A stretch of 64,000 bases of DNA, taken from positions 46,190,001 to 46,254,000 of the forward strand of contig CM060732.1 of assembly GCA_030704615.1 (NCBI GenBank). Reading direction: 5' to 3'. A model generated the notes under the pieces. That model saw only the letters and a list, made by a program, of their open reading frames with translations. It did no database searches and was not told the origin of the DNA. Shown piece after piece: positions 50,784-64,000 of the stretch (its first letter is position 1; the number at the start of each line of letters is the position of its first letter). The DNA comes from Takakia lepidozioides (lineage: Eukaryota; Plantae; Bryophyta). A program made the translations under genes and the position numbers.

Positions 50784-53700
50784 AAGCAGATGCGATGCTT
50801 TGTTGGGTATATCGGGGCACGCAGATTGGAGCTGAGGATTTTAGTGGGGCCAAGTCATGCGATATACTTTGCTTCCAAAACAAGTAAAAAGCCTGAAGTG
50901 GATCTGAGAGTTTTTGGGAGTAAAGAGTAAAATGGGGAGGAGGGGAGAAGGAGGTTTGACTGTGGCTTGGATGGAGAGGCAAGAAGAGGTCCGTGGCAAG
51001 CTGTAGTTGGTGCTAAATGTTGGATGACCTCAAAGATGGATCACAAAAGTTCACTTTTGGTACCTACACAATTTCGGTCTGGTTGCTCCTGGAAAGGAGG
51101 ATCGGAGCGCTGATGTCGCGGTTTTGGAACGGCGCCTTTCAATATGCCTTCTGATCAGTGAAAGTGTCTTCCAGGTGTTAACTAGACATGTTCATTCGGA
51201 CAGGTATCTTCTTCCTTCAAGTAAGCCGATTGCTTCGAGATGCTGTAGGCTTGACTGGACCGGACATTTAGACATAAGTTAGATTTTTTATGTTTACATG
51301 TGTCACTTTCCAGTAGGAAGTTACTGGACTCAAGGATGGACTCAAGTTAACTGGACCCACATAGATCCCTGTCTGCAAAGTTATCCACTTACCTAGTGAT
51401 GGGCCAGCGTAAAGTAGCTCGAGCGAGCTGCAATTCAATTAATTCTATCCACTCATTCATGGACAAACAATCTGCAGCTCAATTTCCTGGAAACACATTT
51501 TGTCGGTGTGGAGATAAAGCGGCTCGCCCAGATTCCTCCCCATCCATGTTTCGAGTTTCGACGCACTTGGTGTGCACACTAGCCTCATCAGATGTACCTC
51601 TTTCTACAGACACCTACGTTGCCGTGTCAAACCTCCGATAGGCAAAAGGCAAGCCCCACTAGCTCTTTCCCAGCCACTGGCAAGTTGCAACTCCTTTTAC
51701 AGCTTGATGTTAGTCACAAATGCTAATATAACGTTGAGTGGCAGAGGATGTTATCTGTGTCAAAAGTGGTAGAAGGTCAAGTCAATGTATATGACATCAC
51801 CAGTGGCCTCATCAATTGATGACATCACCAACATCGCCGAGCCTAATCCACAAAGGATGTGGCGTACTTAATGCTTGCAACAGGATAGGCCACTGGGAGC
51901 ACAAAGAACGGGGTTCCTCAAACGCATACACGTAAGCCACCTTCTCGGGTGGTGGTTGGTTGCGACGTTGCGACATGTGTGGAAGACCTATCACCAACAT
52001 GGGTTGGTCGTCGAATGGGATTTGCTGCAGGCTGCTGGCTTCTGAAATACGAATGATGCACTGACATGTTGTATAATCTTAGTCTACTTTACTCTAGATG
52101 GGGCATCGACCACAGAATTCTTATCGAAAAGGACAGACAACATATTCCTGGATCTAGTCAACGCATCGCACACTCCAGCCTCATGCATGAATTTCCCACC
52201 ACAACATGTGCTACTCAATTTTTTCGTCTTCTTCTTCTAAATTCCATGTCAGTGGCGGGTAGTATTAAATTCCTGCGAATGCTGTTCCTCGTGTTGGTTT
52301 AATTAATATCATGAGGCGACATCCAATTTCGATCCTGTGATCTGTTTGTTGTTCATTCATAGTAGCGGGTTCATTCCTTCCATTCTTCTTCTTCAACTTA
52401 TCAACGTGAAAAGGCATCTGGACGAAGTTAATCTGGAAGTTTAATTGCAATTACGTGATCTCTGCTTGTCCCGGAAGAGTTGCAATCGACATGGACTTTT
52501 TGGACCTTACTGCTGGCTGAGCAAGAGGGGAATAAAGAATTTCAGTCAACCATTTGGCAGGTTCTGGTTCAAAATCGAGCTCACGAGTTAGCTAGCTCCT
52601 TGCCAATAATCTACAATTTGTTGGGATGGAATGCAGTTAAGTGGTGGTGGATCCTCTGTATACGTGTCAGCGACAAGTTCCTCAAATTGTCACTTGTCGT
52701 TCTGAAGCCGGTTCAATCGCAAGATTAACGCCAGCTCGATTGAACTTCACAAACCTTAAAAGCTGCCAGGTCTTTGTCCTCAGCTTCGTCTATGCCCAAG
52801 ATCTTCGATCTCTAGTTAATTTCCTTGGTGCAAGTAAAGTTCGACAAGCTTAAAACGTGCGCTTACACGGCCCTCGTCGTCCTTCAGAGCTTCCACGACT
52901 GCTGCCTACGTACGCATCCCTTCATCAGTTCAAGGGGAAGCTATATTGAAACACTGTACAGAGGACACTTCACATTTGCAAGTATAAATCTTCCACCAGA
53001 TATGGATCCACCCACTTCTGCCAAATTCGTACTGTGAGTCCTTCAATGAAGAAACTTCTGCTAGTAGTCGTTGCCATTGATCGGTACTAATTTCCGAGTC
53101 TCTTCCCGGATTGTTCGATGGCTGTGCGCCAGCATTGTGGACATCTGGGAAGTCACATAAACGGAGGTGGCTTGGGACCTCACAGCCAGCTCCGGAAGCG
53201 TTAGTATCCAGCGGCGACTATTCCAAAAACCAAGGACATTTCAAGATTCGTCTCTTGATGCCTACATCTGGCCAAACGGAAGCTGGAGAGAGGGGTCGTA
53301 TTCATTCAAAAATGCAGGGAGAAAAGAAATGCAGGAATTCCTAATAGGTGTAGGGGAGCGTTCACCTGTAATTTCCGAGCTTCGCAAAGTCATCAGCAAT
53401 CTCTAGAAGTAATGGCACATTCATCAGCTCTGTCTTTTGCATCTGCTGGAAAGCTATCTCAGCCTCGTCGCAACGGCTCATTGCAAGACAGGTCAAAGCG
53501 AGGTAAGCCCACACCTCTGATTCTTGCCGTAGATGTGGTTGCCTTCTACAAGCGCGATTTCAGCGGGCTTGAATTCGTCCCCCATTCTGAAGAACCCCCA
53601 GCCATGAGCTGGTTGTGGGACCTATGGAACAAGCCTTGAGGAAAATCTGTTTGGCAGCCCAATGGCATAATTTTTTCGCTGAAGGTGGGAGTGTCTCCTA

Positions 53701-54996
53701 TCCAGGTCCGCATAGGAGTGTATTCATGTGATTCTTGCCTTGGTAACGGCAATGCTGCATGGACACGTGAATGAGAAGACTGAAATGTCAACTGGGCAAG
53801 CATTCCATAACTGGACTCATCCAAAGCTCCCTTTACTTACATTGAGAATCAGAACTGGTTAACTTTGTCCATCACCCTTTGATTGTCCGAGGGAGCTCTA
53901 GCGTTGTCTGAAGCCAAACTAATAAACTGTCAGACGAAGAAGATTGATGGGAGTCAGTTAGTCTGTAGACTGCCAGGCTCCTTGATGCAGTAATATGGCT
54001 TGCTCCATATTGGAGGGTATTTGTGGCCATGTTAGTTCTATTTTAAGCCATTCGATTTCACCCACTTCCTACTTACCGGTTAGATAGTGGACAATGCATC
54101 TATCATGGACATTGAGTAGCTTCTAAATTGAGTGGTCTCTTTTGTAATGACACATGAAGATCGTGAAGTTAGAAACTTGGAGTGCAAAATAGGAGATGTG
54201 GTGTAATGTCTCTCTGGTTATATCATAGAAGTCACTCATCGATTATGCTTTAATGAGGTCAAGGTTACAGGATATGAAGAAACTTGTCCCTATCATTGTA
54301 ATGAAAAACCATAACAAGCTAGCTGTTGTGTTGGGTTTTTACTTCATCAATCAATGCCTCCAAACGGAGAAACAAGCTCTCTCAAACCTAAGTTCTATGC
54401 TTCTCTCTCAACATTTTTTTTTCCCTTCTCTATTGCTTTAGTTTATCCTTCTTTTCCATTTCTCTTGCTCTCTGTCAATCTTTCTTTTCTCTCAATCAAA
54501 TGTCTTTTTCTTTTTCTTTCTTATTTCTCTCTTTTTATCTCCGGTCATGTTACTACTTGTGGATCAAAATAATTAAACCTTGTAGCTGAGCTTGCAAGGA
54601 TAAAAAATCCCAAAGGTTAAGGGAGCATGATCTCTCATCCGACCACTCCAAGTGTGATGAGATGTTTTGAGTGATTGCCAATAGTTGGGGCTTCAATGTA
54701 GGTGGTCCGTGCTGCTTCCTGGTACCTCCTTCTTCTTCCTGTTGGATCGTACTTAGGATATTGCACCCATAAAAACTCTCAATGGACTATATTCCTTACT
54801 TAGAAACAGATGTCGCTAACTTTGTCTTGTACACATCACCAATAAATCTGCCAAACATGAAATGACCATAAATCTTGTCTAAAATATTTCTCTTGAATGA
54901 GACAAAACAAGTTGAAACATCTAGAGGTTGTAGCTTGTAGCTAATATGAAAAGGCGTCATCACAGCATCTAGCCTAAAGAGATTGCTCTCAAGCTA

Positions 54997-55891
54997 CCGC
55001 ACTGACCTAGCTTATGAGGCACTTCCGAGCCTAATAATTAATAAAAATGGAATATTATTAGGCAGATTCGTTTTTATTATTTAGGCGCCTCACTTAGGTA
55101 ATTTCCAAGCATTAGGCATGTATTACAGTCGACCCTCGATAATAATGAACAATTATTTTTGACTTCCCTCAAAAACTATTGTTGAGGTAATTTTCTTGTA
55201 AAGAAACATAATGGTCTTGAAAATAGATATTACCTCAACAATTTTTTTATTTTTTATTTGAAAGGAAACCTGGAGCGACTGCTCACAATTCAGGTCCTTG
55301 AGGAGGGGGAAAAATTAACCCCCTTTCAGATAAGCCATTAGGCACACAGGTGGGAACGTCACCACCAGACCAACCGGTCACGAACAATCCACACACCAGG
55401 CAGGGCAGCGGGTTTGAACCCCGAACCACCAGGGCTCAACAATTGTTTTTTACCTCTCTCAACTAATGTTGAGGTAATTTTCTCTTTAAAAAAACATAAT
55501 GTTTGATATGTGATTGAGCGCATGAGCCGATGTCTTGCATATCGAGGATGATGATGTTCCTAACCTTAACATTCTATCAGATTCAATAGATTCATATGAG
55601 ATAGGTGATGAGACTTATGAAGATGTAGTTGCATGAATGCAAGGCCCTTTCAAAGGTTGTGTGGACATGAAATTATAAATTGCAGGCATTTTTATTTTTT
55701 TTGGGACTTTAAATCATATAATTTAGACTTTTTTCCACATATTTGGACATTTTGGTGTTTTTCACAATTTTCGAGCAATTAGGCACTTCTCAGGATATTT
55801 TTCCAATTTTTACATTTTTCAAAAATCTTCTAAATTTAATTAGGCACTTGATTTTGAATTAATTATTGCCTAATAAGCTAGGTTAGTACGG
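54997..55891. mobile_element. pogo/Tc1-like MITE (TA TSD) with nested insertions
   Basis: TA|CCGCACTGACCTAGCTTATGAGGCA ... TGCCTAATAAGCTAGGTTAGTACGG|TA (22/25 inverted match), internal TTAGGCA repeats, and a second TA|CAGTCGACCCTCGATAAT end at ~55126. Confidence 0.75.
55243..55434 (-). mobile_element. tRNA-derived SINE (5'-truncated) with TSD
   Basis: T-rich tail on the + strand, shared body and GGGTTTGAACCCCGAACC B-box; CTCAACAATT on both flanks. Confidence 0.75.
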
Positions 55892-57109
55892 TAATGTGAG
55901 ATGAATGACCGTCCACCACTAGGTGACAAACTCTTGGAACCTTAACAAGAAGGCGTGAGATACACGCCGTTGTTTTATTGATATGGTTCAAAACCCAAAG
56001 TAGACATATTGGGTTTCTGGCAGGGTTATGATAGCCCTTCCTAGTTAACTGACAGGATATTGTGGGTTCCGAAGTGTGCGTCAGTTTCCAACAGAAATAT
56101 TCAAAGTTAAAAACGGCGTGCAAAAAAATATAGGGTAACATATATTCCTTGAAGATAAATTTTACAATAGTTTTAAAAATAAAAAAAATTGGGTGTCCTT
56201 ATTTGTGAATATCGTATTTAAGTAAAAATAGGATTATGAATATGTGCTCCAATTATATATTTTTTGGAACTAATATAGGGGTGGCACAATGGTGAAAGAC
56301 ATGTGTTGTTCATTATATGGTATATCTGTATTGAAACTTCATAAATGACTAGTTGGACCTGGATGACTGGACTTGAACTCGGCTTGGATGAGAAGAATTG
56401 ATTTAAGGAGAATACGATTTGGTTTAGGGTTGCTTTTATTTTCTTGACACTTGTCTTCTTCTCCCACTCAAGAGTTTTTCTACGCTAGTTGCTGACCTCA
56501 TTGTGTTGCTGGAAACTCCGGTTTATTCACTTGTTGTAAGGTACCTCGCTCTCTCACCTCAGGAATGTAAATTCACTACACTCAAATATATGCAACAGTT
56601 CTTCTCATTTGTTTGATAGATGCATTAGAGCATTGAGCAATAAAAATATTTTGCACTCTAAGATTTTCTTTTAATTATGTCACTATAGGGTGTCAATTTT
56701 TTGATGATTACAGCTTTAAGAAAATAGTCTGCCAGATAATTGTGTATTATTATAATTATTCAATAATTATAGGGTGGATGAAAAATAATAGTAATAATAC
56801 CCCAATAGAAAATACCTCTTTATTGCACGTGATTCCCTAAACTATACAAGGAGTGACTTCTTTGAGATGAGGATAGGTAAAAGAAATTCAGTATACAGAC
56901 TACAAATATATTTTTACAAGGACAATTCTTAAGTTAGAATATACTAACCAGGTAGAAGTCAGTAACATAGACTGTTCCATCAAGCTTGAAAGGTTCTTCA
57001 TGTGACCCTTGCCCACATTGGTCGTTATCATTTCCATCAGACTTAGAGTTGTTACCTTTGTTGAGAAGTATAGGCTATAAATCAATTCCCAACCTAAACA
57101 TTCCAACTC

Positions 57110-57335
57110 TGTTATATGGGGCATCCCCATGGATGCTACCCCCTTCTCCACCTGAACATACTTCATCCACTTTGATACCCCCACCCCCTGGACCTCCTCC
57201 TCCTGGCATTTCTGGCCCACCTCCCTCACCACCTCTTGCATCACCAACTGCCCTAACTCCACCCCCACCCCTTGGACCTCCTCACCTTTCTCCTCCACCA
57301 CCTCCTGCGCAGCAATATCTGTTGCCCCACCTCCT
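57110..57335. repeat. Low-complexity CCA/CCT (Pro-rich or Gly-rich) tract
   Basis: PPPPGPPPP.. on the + strand; GGA/GGT-rich on the - strand. Confidence 0.6.
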
Positions 57336-57689
57336 TTAGTATTTGTTCTCTCAACACCGAGGCTGGAACGCCGACTTGGTCTAGTTGTATGATAGGGCTT
57401 GTCTTGGGCCCAAAACGTTGCTCCTGACTCTTTTTTCAAGTGAGGAGTGATTTGTGGTGTGAATTTGAAATATTCTTGAATTCCTGTCGGAGGCGGCAAT
57501 ATAACATTCAACCCTTGGATGGGAAAAGTACGCAAATTGTTCAAGTGGTCACTTAGAGACACGTAGATCAATTGAACTCCAAGAGGGTGGCTGATATTGA
57601 GGTTAAAAATGTCGTTGAAAGCTGACGCAATGTCCGTTCTCAGTTGATTTGGTTTGGGAGGCTCTATTCCTCCGTGCACAATATCTATT

Positions 57690-58332
57690 CCAAGAAACAA
57701 TCTCGCGTAGAGTGCTGCCTGAAGAGGACAGGTTAAAAAGATCGTGGCATCATTTATATCTAACAACTTGAGCTCACTGACGATTTCTGCTAGATTTTCA
57801 TGTTGAATTCGGAAGCTCAGTCACAATTGCTGGAAGCTACTATCCAGTGCCTTGACATGATCCTCAGGTATGGTATTTCCCTAGTAGACAGAGGTAGCTC
57901 ATGCTTCGCATTCATTTCTGGGCAACAAGAACGGACTCTACAACCAGAAGGAGAAATTAACGACTGGAAAATTTGATGACATACATATCCTCCACGAAAA
58001 TAGTGAACGTGATGACCTTCTAGGTTAAATTTACCATTCATTGACAATAATAATACATGTTCCAAGAAACAATCTCATGTCTAGAATACTGCCTGAAGAG
58101 GGCAGGTTAAAAATATCCTGGAATCCTTTATATCTACCCAACAACATGAGCTCAATGATGATTTCTACTAGATTTTCATTTTGAATTCGTAAGCTCATGA
58201 GTCAAAACTGCTAGAAGCTACTATCCACTGCCTTTTGACATAATCCTCGTGTATGGTATTGCCCTAGTAGACAGAGGTAGCTCATGCTTCGCATTCATTT
58301 CTGTGCAACACGAATGTCTACAACCAGAAGGA
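57690..58332. repeat. ~260-bp direct duplication (57690-57952 / 58063-58332)
   Basis: CAAGAAACAATCTC..CTGCCTGAAGAGG.CAGGTTAAAA..CCTAGTAGACAGAGGTAGCTCATGCTTCGCATTCATTTCTG..CAACCAGAAGGA occurs twice. Confidence 0.85.
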
Positions 58333-59499
58333 TAACATACTTGACCTTCCAACAATCCTGACACCATGAGTGCTTTCCCTGTTATTAACATTTCATTTGG
58401 CATGTGTTTGCTTGACATCCTCAACCGCCCCTTCAGTATACAAAAGACGGTTGCAAAGAAATGAATGAAACTTTGTAACAAAGGGTGCCATGCAATATGT
58501 GGCGCTGATGTGCACCTAATAGGACGCACAAACCCCAACTCTATAAAGGCTTCTCGAGATGAACTCTCTGGAAGTAAGGGCCCGTTCACACTGCATCCTA
58601 AGACACAACATCCACCAATTGCAACGTGTGAAAACCACTTCAGAAACTACTCAACCATTTCACATGAGCCCAAATGGTCATTTATGCCCAGAGAGTCATT
58701 TATTGGTCATTTATTTCAACCAAAAATGTCTACATACTTTTACTACTAATGTGGCCTATATCATTGGCCCAAGTGTTCCCCCTAGGAGATTCATGGATGA
58801 TCAATTTGATTTTTTTTGTTCAAAATGACTCCAAATACATATTCCTTAACTCCAAATTACCCTAGGATTGTGTCTTCATTGTGATGGAACTTCGGGAGGA
58901 ACACAACCAAAGCATCAATTCTCTTAATTTTTAGTATTTTAAATGATTTTCAGCGACGGAAATTACTTGAAAATCAATATGTCCCACCCATTGGATCCGA
59001 AAATTATGAAACTAACTCGGTGCATCCCAAATCATCAAGCCTCAAAGGCTTTCCAACGGCATCACCATTGTGGGCAGAGGCCCCGTGGTTTGGGAGATCT
59101 CAACATGACAAACAAACAAAACAAAACAAACTACATTATTTCATGTATAGAAAAACTGTGCATTGTGCCGTTGAGCACAATGTGCTAATACTTCCATTTC
59201 ATGGAATGACCCTCCGCCAGTGACACTATGCCCTATAATCTATATTGAAAATGTTACAATTTTATTTCGTTCTCTGCTCCTCAGTTTGACAGATTCTATA
59301 AACTTCTATGCTTTACCCACATTTGTCATTATAGAAACCATGATAGCATACCCTCAAATGTCAGTCATCATGTACAAAAACTGATTATCCACTAACATTT
59401 TCTCCGGATCCAATGTTATAAGAATCCCTAAATCTTCAGTTACATATGCATTACAATGTTACTTGTGCATCAACTATTGTTGATATGCTTGTGAACTAT

Positions 59500-60200
59500 C
59501 ACTACAAGTGGTTTTTACGTCTGCCACTTTTGGCCAGTCGTGGCATATCTGTCTGCAAAATGTAAATTGCAGTCATCAATGCCAATGGAGCTAGCCAGAG
59601 ATCGTATATTTGATTACGTGACTCCTCGAATGTGGATCTGCCGTCAAACATAGTTGACCGGATGCATTAAGATGGTTGATATGACTATGAGTCTTGTCCA
59701 ACACTATACTAGTACTGTACCCAGCTGCATAGCAAAATTTCATACTTCATGACTTGACTTAATTATGTAGACATTTTATGGATATGACAACATCCCTCAT
59801 GTAGATGATCTACATAATGTGGCCGCAATTGAGAAGCCAGACAACGCTTGTTTCGTGAGGAGCAAGGGCTGGAAGACCACTGCAATCCCACGACAATTCA
59901 GTACCCTCCTGATTTGCATCCATGTCCTCCATTTGCTGTTTGGCTCCCTCAAGGTGTACGGGATCATCTCTTAACTCAATCAGATGGGCTTGATCCTACA
60001 ACACGTGAGGAATTACTGGATTTTTCAAGGCCTCCGTCATTTACTGCCCTGTCATTCAAGAGTATGACAGCGTATGGTAACCATTACAGGGTTACACCCC
60101 CCGGCATGAACACAACAAGTATGGTGTCTTTTGATTGTGGAGTCTCATTTGTTTTTTCGCAAACAATCTTTACATTCATGGATATAAAACTATTTTGAGC
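59500..60200 (+). mobile_element. CACTA remnant (CACTACAAG terminus-like sequence; transposase C-terminal fragment at 59848-60198)
   Basis: CACTACAAG at 59500; PPSFTALSFKSMTAYGNHYRV..SFDCGV resembles the En/Spm transposase C-terminus. Confidence 0.5.
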
Positions 60201-61399
60201 CATCCAAATGTTTTTGGCACCTATGTTGTATTTGTATTATATATTTTCATGTATTTGTTATGAACGCAGTGCAACGAATCAAATTATCTTCAAAATAATA
60301 AGTAATAAATAAGAAATGATTATTTAAAAAAAGTCTCACTAATGCACGTGTGTCCATTCTAAATACTGAATATATATATATTGAAACATAGCTTCTTCAC
60401 AGAATCACAGTAACAATTATCCCCACTCAAAATCAGTTTACCTACTATAATTAAACAACTTTACTCCACGTCATACATCTTTCAAGCTCAGGTGGGTCGG
60501 GGTTTGACTGCGGAGGGTGACAGTATAAATGTCACAAATGATTGGAAAAATAGTTAAATAGAGAGTCAAAAAACCCAAATCCTATTGTAGTATATATAAG
60601 CCACATGATACTGCTAAGAAGGTTATAATGAACACCAATACACCTGTACTCCAACTTCAAGAGAGAGAGAGGAATAGGTGATGTACAATCGGACCCAAAA
60701 TATAGCTGGATCCCATGTCGATGGGTTGTCACTGGTGCATGCCCTGCCCACCTTGCCGCCAACTAATCAACCTCCTCCTCCTCTTCTTGCATTCCCTCGA
60801 GAGTCGATCCTACCTCTTCTATGCTTCCTACCGAACCCTTTGTCTCTTCCCAAGCTCCCTCTTCATTTACCACTTCTTACACTTCTGACGTCCAATTTCA
60901 ACCACATCTGTTGTAGCTTTTGATTGAGCTTGTATCTCATTATACTCCACAAGAGGACTTCTGGAGAGGAGCATCACTAATCATTTACTTGTGAGCTTAT
61001 GCAAAGTTCATGTTGATGCGGTGTGGTGCTAAATGATCATGCACCTCATAAGCACCCACTGCGAATACTAGTTTCTAGTTTAAAGCATAGGCAGGCAGAC
61101 AAGCTGAATCATCATTTGCCCACACCAAACTCCATATAAAAGAAATGGACAAAATCTAATATCCTCGAGAACAAACTGTCAAAAGCACTTCTAGACTAGT
61201 ATGGTATAGGTATATAAGGTATCATCTGGTATGTGCACTGATATATGCACTGGTATACCAAGGATCCTCTTGCCTAATATCAACTAAGAGAAATACCTCG
61301 GTTATGAACAAATTGCCCCTAATAAATCCTAAAGTAGTACCTCAATCCTTGGGCCGCAAGGTCCCTGGTAGTAATTGCCATCATAAGTGCGGTGACACT

Positions 61400-62400
61400 C
61401 CTTCAATGTTGAGTGCAGTGGCAATAATTCTTAGGATGGAATTGGACCTTTGTCATAGCAGCGCCTACAACGCTATGATTGTGGTGTATTGATTTAGTTT
61501 TTCTTGGTAGTAGAAGTTGAAGTTGTTGCAAATATATGTAGTTTATATCATTCGTGCTTAACATTGACAATATCTGTTTGGTATCTATATATGGTGTTGT
61601 TTTTTGTGGCTGTGCTTGAGATCTAGGTATGATGCTACATTTTCTTAAGGTTAGATTAGGGTGCATAAAATGGAAGATTTTGATGGGTGACAAGGGGATG
61701 AAGGGGGGGTGTCTAGGGTAAGAGAATGAGTCCAATATAGATGAAACAGAAACAATAGTTATAGAAGATGTGGATCTCACGGAGACTACCCCCGAAATTT
61801 TAACTGTGGAGAAATAAAGTTAAAACGTTTTGGTGAATTTGATATGTGGCACTTGCTGCCAACCAAAAATATTAGTTTTGTATCACCGAAGTTCAAGAGT
61901 TTGGGCGTTCTTTCTTTTGCAAGGAGAAGATGTACGAGCAACCTAAGATTTCGGTTATGGATGTGGAACGTAATGTGTTTGTTGCCCTAGGGGGCCTCGA
62001 TCATAGGGCCGTCAACGCCTTCATGTGCGAGAAAATTCTCTCTACAGCTGAAGAATAAGCATGTTCTTGGGCATCAATTGCTTCTTTTCTATGGATGTGG
62101 CCCGATAGTCTAAGCGTTGCTTCTATAATGGCTTTGATTAGGTATTTGTTGGGGTAATTGTCATGGAAAGACGGGTTGAGTTTGTGGTTGTGTAGGGTGG
62201 ATGTGAGATTATTCGTGAAGACAATATAGTACGGAATGCTTGTAGCATTTAATCTTGCAAGTATTTCGAGGATTGTCATGAGTTCTACGAGTAAAATGAG
62301 GGACCTAGTAGTTTTGGCTCATGGCTGCTTGGTCAACGCCATCTAGCCGACATTAGGGCCTATAATGGATCCATTGATATAGTGAGAAATACAAAGGAGT
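61400..62400 (-). mobile_element. Highly degenerate retroelement-like remnant
   Basis: A/C-rich minus-strand ORF pieces (IPYYIVFTNNLTS..HDNYPNKYLIKAII) weakly resemble non-LTR RNase H; there is no firm motif. Confidence 0.25.
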
Positions 62401-64000
62401 AGCTAAGCTCAACCATAAGTTAGGTGTTGGTATGAAAACTAGTTGTCTGTAGGATAGCTGTAGGCATACGGGGAGGGGACAAGTACACTTTAACCTAGCT
62501 ACCATGTCAGCTGCTAGGTTAAAGTCAACAGGTCTTTACTAATACATGACCACGCCTTTATATTCCAATCCAATTTGGCTCGAAGCTTAAAGAATTGCAG
62601 GGGGCTTATTCATCATTACCTCTACTTCTATTAGTTTATTATGTCATGGTTTGCATATTTTTTTTGGGGCCAAGTGTGCAGAGCCCCTTAGGTACTAGTA
62701 AGTAGTAAGATGTAGGGGAAGAGAGCTTGGCTCTCTTTATATACCCTCAGCGGGCGGTGGGACCTTCTAGAAGGCTGCCCTAACACACGTCATTCCTAGA
62801 AACCACCACGCCTGCTTACCCCAATCTAACCATGAACCATCCCCTATTTAATAGGTCTTACCTTCCTGCCTCCCCCCCCCCCTTTACATGACAATTATTA
62901 ATTGAACTCCTTATTCTAATGTACACCTATGGCCCACTGGCCCTCAAGACTCAAATGACAACTTGACGTCCTTACACTCTTCGTCATCCCTTCTCCCCCA
63001 TCCTACTAGCACCAACGCTTTCCCACCGACGTATGGCCCCAACCCCACATTACTTGGACAAAAGTGTCACCCTGCCCTGCCGCTCCATACTTCCCCCTTG
63101 ATCTTCCTCCATTGCAGCTTTCTTACCCAAGATGAAAACCCGCTTAACTTAGTAGGGGAAGGGGTCTTGCTAGTTTAGCATTTTAATTTACCAAGTTTTT
63201 AAAGTATTTTTCTTTTACTATTTCTTGTTTCATTATTGACTTTTATCACTACTCGCATTTGCCTGCCTCTCTATGATGGTCTTGGTTTCTATTCTTTGTG
63301 AGCTTGTGAGCTACAAAGACATCTGAAATTGCAATTTGATGGAACAATTATCTTTGATACCCCAAAATCCTTCATCGTCTTTTTGTCTAGATCGCTTTTT
63401 GTCTCGTCTACGTTGTGTGTTCCTTGTAACATGATTGCCCATCAGAGATCATCTGTTGAAAAATGAAAGTGAAGGACCAAGAAGTTGTAATGGGCTAGAT
63501 TAGTCGTGGCTAGATTCAGTGATCCACAGCTATTAATGAGGGGATAATTCCATTGCAATGGGGTCAGTAATGGACCTCTCTGACAAGGTCCTTGAATACC
63601 ACACTGGATGTATAAACGGTCTTCTTATACCTGTATAAGTAAAGGAGACGTTGGCCTCTACGGCAGTGCGATTTTGGGATGAAACATTGGTGAACATTTG
63701 TGAGCAAGCTCTACGCTATACTTGTATTCTTCACTGTGTGAGAGGTTACTTCAGGACTGCGCATGGACTTAGTCTTGTTTTGAGGATTGAGCTTGAGTGT
63801 GTTTGATCACCCTTGTTTCTTATTTAATCTTGCGGCTGTTGATAATCCCCCACGGCACTTGGTTTCTCCCCTATCGCGCGTTACATAATCAGCCATGTCG
63901 GTCCAACGACTGATATCGCACGGAGCTGATCACTTGGTGGAGATGGGGGGCACACCATTTGCCAACCAAAGATTTTAACTTTTCTACGATCCAGGCCGTT

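Noticed and set aside
51300-54000. Scattered 60-90 aa ORFs
   Set aside because: No recognisable domain or consistent exon chain was found.

Overview
Nuclear DNA of a land plant. Spliceosomal introns, plant gene families and the PPR-DYW and transposon types suggest a non-seed plant, possibly a bryophyte (inference). Intact-looking genes: an ankyrin+PGG membrane protein (ACD6-like), a transmembrane RING E3 ligase (RNFT1/2-like, 8 exons), a GGCT/AIG2-like protein, SKA2 (6 exons) and a DREB2-type AP2/ERF factor. An alpha-tubulin lies head-to-head with SKA2 and has an apparent frameshift near its C-terminus. Three decayed loci belong to one highly homogeneous PLS-class PPR family of RNA-editing factors. 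They are a PLS-E-DYW pseudogene at 0.4-4.3 kb, a fragment at 16.7 kb, and an array at 39.4-40.7 kb flanked by OSB-type 'PDF' ssDNA-binding motif exons (WWDNR..PD[FY]xHK). Transposons are diverse: a 7.3-kb non-autonomous TIR element with TA flanks that carries captured gene pieces (PPR, the PDF-PPR linker, two SYP61 exons plus intron), nested LTR elements including an integrase-PHD finger fusion, a TTAA-flanked piggyBac-like MITE, hAT, CACTA, MULE, LINE and Helitron remnants, and a tRNA-derived SINE family. The strongest candidate for an undescribed system is a PDF(OSB)-PPR editing-factor family whose modules are duplicated, tandemly amplified and dispersed. All identities were judged by eye; no database searches were run.
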